From contig JAEUTB010000188.1 of assembly GCA_016787995.1 (NCBI GenBank), positions 9,920 to 73,919 of the forward strand: 64,000 bases of DNA, in the 5' to 3' direction. Source of the DNA: Flavobacteriales bacterium (lineage in GTDB: Bacteria; Bacteroidota; Bacteroidia; Flavobacteriales_F; PHOS-HE28). Position numbers and translations under genes: made by a program. The notes beneath the pieces are model-generated. The model did no database searches, was not told the DNA's origin, and saw only the letters and a list, made by a program, of their open reading frames with translations. This document shows, in pieces, positions 55,770 through 64,000 of the stretch; within the stretch, counting starts at the first letter, position 1; each line of letters starts with the position of its first letter.

Positions 55770-57388
55770 CAGTTCACGTGTAGCGTCGAAAGGCCATCAA
55801 GGATGGCTTTATTCAAGGCAGCCCCCTGTTCGAACATGCCCTGGAGCCTTTTCTCGCGTATATCAACTTCTTGCCGGAATTGAGCTTCGGTGATGTCCTC
55901 GTGATTCAACTTAATCTCGAAGTACTGGCCAGCACTGAATGAGTAGTTCTTGGCCTTGATATCCTCATAAGATACCACCACTGCGAAGTCGTCAACAGTT
56001 TGGTGCCTGTTGAATGTGGTGATGATGAGGTCCTCCTCAGTTGGGGACAGCAAGGTCTTTTGGTTCTTGCCATCCTTTACAGTCGTCCCCAACTTGCTGG
56101 CATCCATCAGTACGATGTCACCCTTGGTGTTCGCCTTGTCCAGAAAGAGCACGCTCACATTGGTGCCCGTGGTGGCGAAGATGTTGCTGGGCATGCCCAC
56201 CACACCGCGCAGCATGCGCCGCTCCACCAATTGCTCACGGATCTTCTTGTCGATCCCGCTCTGGGCGGTCACAAAGCCGGTGGGTACCACAATGGCCGCC
56301 TTGCCCTTAGGCCCCAGCATGTGCATGATGTGCTGGATGAAGAGCAGGTAGATGGCCATCTTATCCTTCTCCTTAGTGGGCACGTTGGGAATACCGGCGA
56401 AGAAGCGGTCGGTGTTGGCCTTGTTGTCCAGCTCGTCCCGGTAGTCGCTGAAGTCGAGCTTGAATGGCGGGTTGCTCACGATGTAGTCGAAGCGCTCCGG
56501 CCAACTGCCCCCCGAATAGGGGTGGCGGATGGTATCCCCTTGGATGATGTTCGGGATGGAGTGCACCAGGTTGTTCAGGACCAGGTTCAGGCGCAGCATG
56601 CTGCTGCTCTTCTGGCTGATGTCCTCGGCGTAGAGGCTGCATTGCTTCTCCCCAATGGCGTGGGCCAGGCTCATGAGCAGCTGGCCCGTGCCCGCACTGG
56701 GGTCGTAGCAGGTCACGTCCTTCACCGGCCCATCCACCAGAATGGCGGCCATGATCTTGGCGATGGCGTGCGGGGTGTAGTACTCGGCGTACTTGCCGCC
56801 GCCGTCCTTGTTGTAGTCCTTTATCAGGTACTCGAAGATGGTGGCGAAGAAGTCGAACTTCTGGGTGAAGATGGCCTCGAAGCTGAAGGGCACCAGCTTG
56901 TTCACGATGGCCCGGCAGAAGGCATCCCGCTTGGTGGGCGAGGTGATGAACTGGCTGAGCGCATCGAAGAGGATGATCTTTTCGCCGGTCTCCTCCTTCA
57001 CGCTGAAGATGTCCGTGTTCTTGACGGCGATGGCGTGCAGCGTGTCGTCGAAGAGCTTGTGGAACTCCTCCCGGTTCTGGTTGTTGTAGAGGTAGGTGAG
57101 CGTGTGCTCGCGCTCCAGCTTGGCGCAGTCCGGCCCCAGGCGGTGCAGCAGCTTCGCGTAGTCCTTGTCGCTGTATCCCGCAGCCACCTTCTCCCAATCC
57201 TCGGCCTTGGCCAGCTTGGGGTCCAGCTGCTTCACCTCGTGGGCGAACTTGTCGTTCAGGAACTTATAGAGGAATGCCTGCGTGATGATCTTGTACTCGT
57301 TGCCGTCGTTGCCCAGCCCGTAGCTAGCGCACACGGCCTTCAGTTCATCGATCAGCGCCTTGGTCTTGGTGTTCAGGTCGGTCACCAT
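55769..57388 (-). CDS. hsdM: type I R-M N6-adenine DNA methyltransferase subunit
   Basis: HsdM N-terminal domain, AdoMet motif YDPSAGTGQLL, catalytic VSNPPFKLDF. The ATG at 57388 overlaps the hsdR stop (ATGGTGA). Confidence 0.95.
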   Translation of the reverse strand: MVTDLNTKTKALIDELKAVCASYGLGNDGNEYKIITQAFLYKFLNDKFAHEVKQLDPKLAKAEDWEKVAAGYSDKDYAKLLHRLGPDCAKLEREHTLTYLYNNQNREEFHKLFDDTLHAIAVKNTDIFSVKEETGEKIILFDALSQFITSPTKRDAFCRAIVNKLVPFSFEAIFTQKFDFFATIFEYLIKDYNKDGGGKYAEYYTPHAIAKIMAAILVDGPVKDVTCYDPSAGTGQLLMSLAHAIGEKQCSLYAEDISQKSSSMLRLNLVLNNLVHSIPNIIQGDTIRHPYSGGSWPERFDYIVSNPPFKLDFSDYRDELDNKANTDRFFAGIPNVPTKEKDKMAIYLLFIQHIMHMLGPKGKAAIVVPTGFVTAQSGIDKKIREQLVERRMLRGVVGMPSNIFATTGTNVSVLFLDKANTKGDIVLMDASKLGTTVKDGKNQKTLLSPTEEDLIITTFNRHQTVDDFAVVVSYEDIKAKNYSFSAGQYFEIKLNHEDITEAQFRQEVDIREKRLQGMFEQGAALNKAILDGLSTLHVN

Positions 57389-60300
57389 GGCGATCGTCCG
57401 TGGAATTCGTTCATGTATTCGCGCAGCACGCAAGCGTTGATGATATCGGCCCCGGCGGGGTCCCAATCCAGTTTCTGCTTGTCCAGCGCGCTGGTCACCA
57501 GCTTCATCAGCATCTGTCCGAAGTAGGCCTCGTTCGCCAGCAGCTTACTGTTGCCGCTCACCTGCGCATCGGCCTCCCGCTTCACGTCCATCAGCAGGGC
57601 GTTCACCTGGCTCTCGCGCTGGCTGATGTCGCCGCGCTCCAGGATCCGCTTATGCACCACTGCGAACTTCCGGTCGTGCTCATACTTGGCCTTCAGCAGG
57701 TCGTTGCGGCGGTTCAGCTCGGCCACCTTGTCGTGGATTCTGCGCAGCTCGCCGATGTTGGCGGTCATCTCCTCCTGGCCTACCTCATCCAGGTTCTTGC
57801 GGTCGAAGAGGCGCTTCAGTTCCTCGTACAGACTGATGAACTCCGGGTCCTTGGGGTCGAAGTTGGCGGCCAGCGCTTCGCGGGTGCGGCGCAGGGTGTT
57901 CTTCAGCTCGTCAGCGATGCGCAGTTCGTCCTCGCTCACCTTGCGGAACAGGAAGAGCACGTTCTCCAGCGCCACGTTCAACAGGTTGGTGCTGTCCACG
58001 TTGTTCTGCACCGCGTCCTTCAGGTTCAGCAGGTCCAGGTGCCGGGCGGCCTCGTTGTGCAGGGTGGCCAGTTTGCGGAAGTCCAGCCGGTCCACCAGTT
58101 CATAGTGGCCGAGCAGCCGCATCAGGTTGTACAGGCTGCGAGCGTTCTCCAGCGCCTTCTTGATCCCCAGCATTTCCCTACGGTCCTGGATCTGGCTGAT
58201 CTGCTGGCTGAAGACCTCGGCGTTGCTGAGGTCGAAGCGGAAGAGACGCTCCTGGATGTCGGCCAACTCGGCCTCGATCTCCTCCTTGCTCTTGAACAGG
58301 CTGCTGTACGTGCCCATCTCGTCGCCCAGCTCGGCTTGCAGCTCCTCGAAGTAGGCCTTGTTGGTGGCGTCGAACTCCTTGGTGATGTCCGCGAAGTCCA
58401 CCACATAGCCGTAGCGGTGCTTCTTGTAGGTGCGGTTCACCCGGGTGAGGGTCTGCAGCAGGTTGTGGCTCTTCACCATGCGGGCCAGGTACAGCTTCTT
58501 CAGCCGTGGCGCATCGAAGCCGGTGAGCAGCATGTTGTACACGAAGAGCAGGTCGATCTGGCCGCCCTTGAAGTTCTCCACCTCCTCGTCCCGCGCCTCC
58601 TTGTCGCCCACATCGTGCAGGATGAGGCTTGCTGTGAGCTTGCGCTTGTGGCGGGTGGTATAGTCGCCATAGCTCGCGGCGGGCTCGGCGGCGATGGCGT
58701 AGTCCGCCACCGTTTCCAGCGTGCGCAATTGCGGGTTGTACTTGGCCTTGAACACCTCCAGCAGCTTCTCTGCCTGCTCGCTGCTGTCGCACACCACCAT
58801 ACCCCCGATCGAGTGGTCGTCCAGTCGTTGGCGGCTCTTCACGAAGTCCTCCACGATGTAGTCCAGCAGCGGTTCCACGAACCGGGCATGGGCATACACG
58901 AGCTTTTTGTTGCCGCTGCCCTTCAACACCTCCAGTTCCTCCAGGGTCTTCTTCAGCTGCACCTTGTAGCCGGTCTCGATGCCTTCCCGGATCAGCTTCA
59001 GGGTGTAGCCGTCGGCGATGCTCTGGTTGTAGTAGTACTTGTGGATGTAGTCGCCAAAGAGGGCCTTGCTGCTGCGGTCCTCACCAATCAGCGGCGTACC
59101 GGTAAGGCCGATCATGATGGCATCGCGGTCCGCGTTCACCAGGTTCGCGAGGAAGCTGCCCTTGGGGTCGTAGCTGCGGTGTACCTCGTCCAGGAAGAAC
59201 ACGCGCTGGGTCTTGATGGCGTAATCGCCGCCTTTGATCACATCCGTCTCCTCCTTGAACTTCTGGATGTTCACCACGGTGATCTCGCGATCCCCGCGGT
59301 CGTTGTGGACGGCACCTGGCTTGCTGAAGTCCTTCACCATCTCGTCGCGCGAGTTCACCACATGCACCTTCAGCCCGCGCATGGTGAACTCCCGCTTGGC
59401 CTGTTTCAGCAGGTCCAATCGGTCCACGATGAAGAAGAATTTAGGCACGATGCCCTTGCCCTGGAAGTAGTCCGTCAGGTACTGGACGTTGTAGTAGGCC
59501 AGCGCGGTCTTGCCGCTGCCCTGCGTGTGCCAGATGATGCCCCTCTTCACTCCCTTCTCCAACTTGGCCTCTATGGCCTTGGTGGCGAAGAACTGCGGGT
59601 AGCGCATGATGTGCTTCTCCACGCCCTTCTCGGCGCGCACGTACGCAATGCAGTACTTCAGCACCGTGGCCAGTCGCTCCTTGCTGCACAGCGAGGTGAG
59701 GATGCGGTTGGTGGGCGTGCCCGGGTGCTTGTTGGTGCCGAACTCCGGCGAGTGCTTGATCACCGCCAGGTTGTTATCCTTCAGCACCAGGTCCTCCAAG
59801 GTGCCGTCCTCAGGCTGCAGCAGGGTAGTAAGGTCAAGCTGCTCCTCTTCCCGGAAGCGGTTGAAGTGGGCGCTGCCATACGAAGCGGTGGCATAGAAGG
59901 CCCCTTGGATGGGTTCGATGTCCTCCGGGTCGTACTCCATGTTATTGGAGAAGACCAGCAGCTGGGTCAGGTTGATGAAGCGCCGGAACTTGGCGTTCTT
60001 GAACCGGGTGTCGATACGGTCGCGCTCTTCAAGGATACCCTGGTGATTGTTCGGCTTCTTCACCTCGATGAAGGCCAGCGGTATGCCGTTCAGCAGCAGC
60101 GTGATGTCCGGCCGGAACTCATCCTCCCCGTTCTTGTAGGTCAGCTCTGTGACCACATGGTAGCTGTTCCGGCTCGGGTCCTTGAAGTCGAAGAGCTTCA
60201 CCCCCGATGCCGAGATGAGCTTGGTGTAGAAGGCCTGGCCGAGGTCCTCGTTATCCAGTACCAACTTCACCGCCTCCAACTCCCGCTTGATATCGTCCTT

Positions 60301-60465
60301 GGACAGCTCCGGGTTCAAGCGCCCCACGCTCTCCAGGAAGATGTCCGTGAAGATGTTCGTTTCCGCATCCCATATGGCCTTCCTGAGCGGCAGGTACGTG
60401 TAGCCCAGCCTGCACAAGTGCAGGATAGCGGGGAGCTTCACGCGGGTGTTCTCGTTGAAGGCCAT
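57382..60465 (-). CDS. hsdR: type I R-M restriction endonuclease/translocase subunit
   Basis: N-terminal PD-(D/E)xK (RPDITLLLNGIPLAFIEVKK). SF2 helicase motifs HTQGSGKTALA and FFLDEVHRS. C-terminal helical domain. Confidence 0.95.
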   Translation of the reverse strand: MAFNENTRVKLPAILHLCRLGYTYLPLRKAIWDAETNIFTDIFLESVGRLNPELSKDDIKRELEAVKLVLDNEDLGQAFYTKLISASGVKLFDFKDPSRNSYHVVTELTYKNGEDEFRPDITLLLNGIPLAFIEVKKPNNHQGILEERDRIDTRFKNAKFRRFINLTQLLVFSNNMEYDPEDIEPIQGAFYATASYGSAHFNRFREEEQLDLTTLLQPEDGTLEDLVLKDNNLAVIKHSPEFGTNKHPGTPTNRILTSLCSKERLATVLKYCIAYVRAEKGVEKHIMRYPQFFATKAIEAKLEKGVKRGIIWHTQGSGKTALAYYNVQYLTDYFQGKGIVPKFFFIVDRLDLLKQAKREFTMRGLKVHVVNSRDEMVKDFSKPGAVHNDRGDREITVVNIQKFKEETDVIKGGDYAIKTQRVFFLDEVHRSYDPKGSFLANLVNADRDAIMIGLTGTPLIGEDRSSKALFGDYIHKYYYNQSIADGYTLKLIREGIETGYKVQLKKTLEELEVLKGSGNKKLVYAHARFVEPLLDYIVEDFVKSRQRLDDHSIGGMVVCDSSEQAEKLLEVFKAKYNPQLRTLETVADYAIAAEPAASYGDYTTRHKRKLTASLILHDVGDKEARDEEVENFKGGQIDLLFVYNMLLTGFDAPRLKKLYLARMVKSHNLLQTLTRVNRTYKKHRYGYVVDFADITKEFDATNKAYFEELQAELGDEMGTYSSLFKSKEEIEAELADIQERLFRFDLSNAEVFSQQISQIQDRREMLGIKKALENARSLYNLMRLLGHYELVDRLDFRKLATLHNEAARHLDLLNLKDAVQNNVDSTNLLNVALENVLFLFRKVSEDELRIADELKNTLRRTREALAANFDPKDPEFISLYEELKRLFDRKNLDEVGQEEMTANIGELRRIHDKVAELNRRNDLLKAKYEHDRKFAVVHKRILERGDISQRESQVNALLMDVKREADAQVSGNSKLLANEAYFGQMLMKLVTSALDKQKLDWDPAGADIINACVLREYMNEFHGRSPW

Positions 60466-60552
60466 TGTGTGGCCGCAAAATACGGGTCACCCCCTCAAGA
60501 GTAAGGCTCTGGTTAAGCCATCGCTGCGATTTTTGCATTTTGCACCGTTCCC

Positions 60553-61080
60553 ATGCACCGCCTCACCTTCCTTCGCACCCTTCTCGGCAGCCCGGCCCTG
60601 CTCACCTTGCCGCCGTTGGAACTGCTCGGCACCGCGGAGCAGGATCGTTTGGCGTGGACGAAGGACTGCCATCAACTTTTCGTGTACGATGGGTTCGTAC
60701 GCGGTTTTCAATACCATGCCGGTCCGCAGGTGATCGGCCAAATGAAGGCGCGCGACGAATTGGATCTGGTGCGCGAATACGATAACGAACACGACCCCGA
60801 TGCGGTGGCCGTGTATTGGCAAGGGCAGAAGCTGGGGTACTTGGCCATGTTCGAGAACAGGGCACTGGCCAACCTGATCGATCACGGGATGTTGCTGGCC
60901 GCCTACGTGGCTTACACCGCGCCGGAGCTGGAGCCTTGGGAGCAGTGCTTCATTGCGGTGGAGCTGTTGGTGCCTGCCAACGACAGTTTCGATACATACC
61001 TCGTGCATTACTTGCAACGCCGCGATGCGGGTTTCAAGCAGCACCAGCATTATGGTGGCGAGAAGGAAGGCTCGGGGTGA
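60553..61080 (+). CDS. HIRAN-domain protein
   Basis: FVRGFQYHAG...DELDLVREYDNEHDPDAVAVYWQGQKLGYLAMFENRALANLI matches the HIRAN pattern. Divergently transcribed from hsdR across an 87-bp gap. Confidence 0.7.
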   Translation: MHRLTFLRTLLGSPALLTLPPLELLGTAEQDRLAWTKDCHQLFVYDGFVRGFQYHAGPQVIGQMKARDELDLVREYDNEHDPDAVAVYWQGQKLGYLAMFENRALANLIDHGMLLAAYVAYTAPELEPWEQCFIAVELLVPANDSFDTYLVHYLQRRDAGFKQHQHYGGEKEGSG

Positions 61081-61290
61081 CTTTTCGCAAAGCCCGTGTG
61101 GAATGCACGCGCACGCCCTGCCGGATCAGCACGACCCTGCCGCAAGCTGTACGCTTACGGGTACAGGGTGCGCGGGCTGTCCACGGCTTGCGCGCCTGCC
61201 TGCGGTAGGCAGGGTCGTACCCAACTCGGGGAGCTTGTGCGGCGTGCCCGTGCGAGTTGGGCTGCGACTTAGCCGTGGCGGCTTTTTGGC

Positions 61291-61318
61291 TCCACCTTTT
61301 TGCCGTCAAAAAGGTGGA
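61291..61318. terminator. 11-bp stem-loop between convergent genes (candidate terminator)
   Basis: tccaccttttt gccgtc aaaaaggtgga, 49 nt downstream of the nuclease stop. No clear U-tract beyond the stem itself. Confidence 0.35.
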
Positions 61319-61366
61319 AGGACATGCTTCAAGAGCGCAGCCCGCCGTACTCGTCGGTACAGCTGA

Positions 61367-62263
61367 TCACCACACCACCCCCGCATCCTCCTCCTCTTCC
61401 AACGCCTCTTGCACGCTGGTGGGCAGGGCATCGAGCAGGTCCAGGCCGGTGCTTTGTTCGATCGCGTCCACCGTGGTGCGGTAGGCGTACCAAGGCTGGG
61501 CGGTGGCGCTGGCGCTGTTGGGCATGTCCACGGCGATCACACGGGCGCCTTCGGTGCTGATGCGTTCCAGGTCGTTGCTGTCGTCGGGGATGATCACGAG
61601 CACCTTCCAGAAGCGGGCGGGCACGGCGATGGCGCCGCCGGCGAGGTGGGTGGTGAACACGCCTTGCGCGTTGGTGCCCCCGTTGCCGTAGCCACCGGCG
61701 ATGGTGTAGATCTCGTAACCGTCAGCGATGAGGTCGCGGGCGAAGGCCTCGAGTTGGAACCAGGTGTCCTGGTTCATGTCGGGCGCTTGGGGTGCGATGT
61801 TGGTGAGCAGGAAGGTGGCGGCGTTGTCGGCATCGGAGGCGTCGCGATCATCGCTGGGGCAGAGATGGCCGCGGTCGAAACCGGTGCCGCTGTAGGCGAA
61901 GGTGCTAACGGCGTAGAAAGAGGCGGGCAGCAGCGGGTCGGGTTCGAAACAGTCGCAGCGTTCGGCGCTGCCTTTCCACGCGGCGCTCAGGTGCCAGCTT
62001 ACCCAGCGGGCCTGGCCGCGGCTGTTGTCGTAGCCTGCGGTGAATTGCGGGTGAACGATCAGGTAGTTGTTGGCGGCCACCACGTTGGCGATGGCGCCGC
62101 TGGGATTGCCCAGGGCCATGTTGTCGCCGCGGGCGTTGTCGCTGGTGGGCGTGGGCTCGGGGTCGGGCTCGGGGATCTCCACCTCCTTCTGGCAGGCGGC
62201 GAAGAGCAGCACGGCGGCCAGCAGCAGCGGCGCGCGGGAACGCGAATGGGGAGAGCGGAACAT
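61367..62263 (-). CDS. secreted DNA/RNA non-specific endonuclease (NucA/EndoG beta-beta-alpha-Me family) lipoprotein
   Basis: Lipobox LLAAVLLFAAC. Catalytic GFDRGHLCPSDDR (DRGH motif) followed by NIAPQ. Confidence 0.85.
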   Translation of the reverse strand: MFRSPHSRSRAPLLLAAVLLFAACQKEVEIPEPDPEPTPTSDNARGDNMALGNPSGAIANVVAANNYLIVHPQFTAGYDNSRGQARWVSWHLSAAWKGSAERCDCFEPDPLLPASFYAVSTFAYSGTGFDRGHLCPSDDRDASDADNAATFLLTNIAPQAPDMNQDTWFQLEAFARDLIADGYEIYTIAGGYGNGGTNAQGVFTTHLAGGAIAVPARFWKVLVIIPDDSNDLERISTEGARVIAVDMPNSASATAQPWYAYRTTVDAIEQSTGLDLLDALPTSVQEALEEEEDAGVVW

Positions 62264-62451
62264 GGGGTCGGGAGAGGGACCGGGTTAAAGATCGGTGATC
62301 CGGGAGTGGGTCGGTTGGTGGTGGGTCGGTTGTGCGGCTACGAGGGGTCTGGTCAGGGCGGACGGGCTGGTCCATGGAAATCGCCTGCCTTCAGCACCAA
62401 CACGGATGATCGCCTATATTATCATCCGCCGATCGACGAAAAATCCGACAC

Positions 62452-62871
62452 ATGCTCCTTCACCTTCCCATGCCTCATACCATGCTCTCCTTCGCGGCCG
62501 TGCAGGCCGAGTGGGCCGATACGCTGGACCGCATCAACCAGCTCTGCCCCGTATTGCGTGCCGCCGAAGCGGTGCGACCGGACAAGTTCGCGTACATCAT
62601 CATCGATCAGGTGCACGAAGACCAAGTGCCCGCCATCGAGCGCATCCTCTTCGGCAACCTCTTGTTGCGGCCCTTGCAGCGCATCGAGGATCGGGGCACC
62701 ATCGAGTTCCAAGCGGATTGGTTGTGGAGCTGGCGCAAAAGCGTACCGTGGAGTTGCGCGCGCACCAGCTGGGTCAACCGCCTTTTCCCCGATGCGCCTG
62801 AGCGCAGCTACGTGTACCGCTTCGATCTGGTGTCGGTTGACCTGAGCAGCGAGCGCGACGAAGCGGTGTAG
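62452..62871 (+). CDS. hypothetical protein (139 aa; alternative start 62482)
   Basis: ORF with coding-like composition. No motif recognised. Confidence 0.45.
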   Translation: MLLHLPMPHTMLSFAAVQAEWADTLDRINQLCPVLRAAEAVRPDKFAYIIIDQVHEDQVPAIERILFGNLLLRPLQRIEDRGTIEFQADWLWSWRKSVPWSCARTSWVNRLFPDAPERSYVYRFDLVSVDLSSERDEAV

Positions 62872-62931
62872 CCGATTTCATGGTTTTCCATGATTGTGCC
62901 GAGCGGTTGATCGGGGGTGCTTTGCTGAACG

Positions 62932-64000
62932 ATGTTCGGCGCAGGATATAGGTTGGTCTGTCGTTCAGTAGTACTGGTATCGCTGCTCCGGTGTGGCTTG
63001 CTCCTTTCAGCCAACGATCTTGTGGTGAGCCCGGCCACCTTGGTGGATGGCGACCTGAGCGATGGCTTGGTGTTCGTGCAGTTCGACATCGGTTGGCAGA
63101 ACAGTTGGCGGGTGAGCACGGCCCCCAACAACTGGGATGCGGCGTGGATATTCATCAAGTTCAGGGCAGGGGCCTCCGATCCGGTGCTCGCAGGTGCTAG
63201 CAGCGCAGGTGCGACGATCACCTTGCCGAGCACCGCGTTGCTGCGCGTGGGCATGCCGATCAACTTGGTATCCGGAACAGGTACGCTCGCCCCCGCCACG
63301 GTGATCACGGCCATCACCTCCGCCACCACCATCACAGTGAACCTTACTCCTTTCGTAGCGCTGAGCGGCGCCACCCTGCGCTTCGATCGGATCTGGGAAC
63401 ACGCGCACCTGGGCAACAGCGCGACGCACAGCTCACCTGCGGGCACCACCATCACCGTGGGCTGTGCGGATGCGTTGCTGGCCTATTCATCCACGAACCC
63501 GGGAGTTGGTGTGTTCATCCATCGGTCGGTGGATGGCACCGGAGCCTTCTCGGCACCGGGCTGCCAGTTGCAATGGCTGCACGGCGCACAGGGCATCGCC
63601 ATCGGCACGGCGCTGGAAGTGTGCGTGCACGCGGTGGAAATGGTGCTGGTACCCACGGGCAGTTATTACATGGGTGGCACCGGAGTCTGGGCTTTCCGCA
63701 ATGGATCGAGCGGTACCACGCCCCGGCAGATCACCTCCGAGGGCGCTGTGTCCTATACCGGTCCGCTTACCGTTGGGTTCTCCTATGGCGGAGCTGGTAA
63801 CGGGAGCGATCTCGGATCGGGTTTCCCGAAGGGTTTCGAAGGTTTCTATTGCATGAAGTATGAGCTTTCGCAGAGCGAATACGTGGCCTACTTGAACAAG
63901 CTGACCCGGGTGCAACAAGCCTTGATGGTGGCCACCAACGTTCTGCCGGGGGTGACAAGTGTGGCCAACCGCTACGTGATGTCGAACAGCGCCACCGTGG
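62932..64000 (+). CDS. SUMF1/formylglycine-generating-enzyme-fold domain protein (GldJ/GldK-like), 3-prime partial
   Basis: An open frame from ATG 62932 (stop at 62926-62928 upstream) to the window end. It is absent from the ORF track because it has no stop. Hydrophobic N-terminus MFGAGYRLVCRSVVLVSLLRCGLLLS. MVLVPTGSYYMGG and FYCMKYELSQSEYVAYLN match the FGE-sulfatase domain lead-in. Confidence 0.7.
   Translation, partial: MFGAGYRLVCRSVVLVSLLRCGLLLSANDLVVSPATLVDGDLSDGLVFVQFDIGWQNSWRVSTAPNNWDAAWIFIKFRAGASDPVLAGASSAGATITLPSTALLRVGMPINLVSGTGTLAPATVITAITSATTITVNLTPFVALSGATLRFDRIWEHAHLGNSATHSSPAGTTITVGCADALLAYSSTNPGVGVFIHRSVDGTGAFSAPGCQLQWLHGAQGIAIGTALEVCVHAVEMVLVPTGSYYMGGTGVWAFRNGSSGTTPRQITSEGAVSYTGPLTVGFSYGGAGNGSDLGSGFPKGFEGFYCMKYELSQSEYVAYLNKLTRVQQALMVATNVLPGVTSVANRYVMSNSATV

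Noticed and set aside
57400-60504. A 1034-aa plus-strand ORF mirroring the whole of hsdR, with a 508-aa companion ORF (56000-57526) opposite hsdM.
   Set aside because: The translation is low-complexity (runs of V/L/H/Q/A/G, no motifs). The opposite strand carries unmistakable HsdR/HsdM motifs (TGSGKT-type, DEVH, NPPF). This is a typical shadow ORF of high-GC coding DNA.
1-64000. A search by eye for tRNA, rRNA, tmRNA, CRISPR arrays, IS elements, integrases and prophage structural modules.
   Set aside because: None was recognised. The only phage-like elements (S74/collagen fibre genes) lack any accompanying phage genes. Absence by eye is weak evidence, and tRNAscan, Infernal and ISfinder-type tools should confirm it.

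Overview
High-GC Bacteroidota-type chromosomal segment. Supporting signs: four proteins end in T9SS C-terminal sorting domains, TAnnTTTG-type promoter boxes are present, and many genes are joined by ATGA/TGATG overlaps. No rRNA, tRNA, CRISPR array, transposase or integrase was recognised by eye.

Layout, left to right:
- A J-domain membrane protein.
- asnS, whose 3-prime end is duplicated on either side of a 1-kb single-gene insertion.
- A T9SS-sorted protein.
- A minus-strand operon: small Asn-terminated ORF, then an RRE-fused ThiF/MccB-like E1 enzyme, then a TPR histidine kinase, then a LuxR-type response regulator (5.3-9.1 kb).
- A roughly 25-kb minus-strand block (11.2-36.4 kb): three tandem TPR/HisKA_3 kinases, one response regulator, a predicted outer-membrane beta-barrel, a 2293-aa giant secreted protein, a multi-FN3 protein, a small T9SS protein, a collagen-like/S74 tail-fibre-like protein, and a 14-repeat FG-GAP T9SS protein.
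- Two convergent TetR-associated tripartite exporters (RND, and ABC/HlyD/TolC), then a tandem Usp protein.
- A defence-type island (51-62 kb): a HipA-like kinase with a DUF3037-like partner, an AT-rich TM protein, a type I R-M operon (hsdR-hsdM-hsdS) whose HsdS carries a foreign C-terminal module flanked by direct repeats, a HIRAN protein, and a secreted DRGH nuclease.
- A SUMF1/FGE-like gene that runs off the 3-prime end and is missing from the ORF track.

Best novelty candidates:
1. The peptide plus clamp-E1 pair wired to a two-component system.
2. The tightly coupled beta-barrel / giant protein / FN3 triad under a multi-kinase array.
3. The uncharacterised cassettes embedded around the R-M operon.

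All family assignments come from motif recognition by eye. No database search was run.
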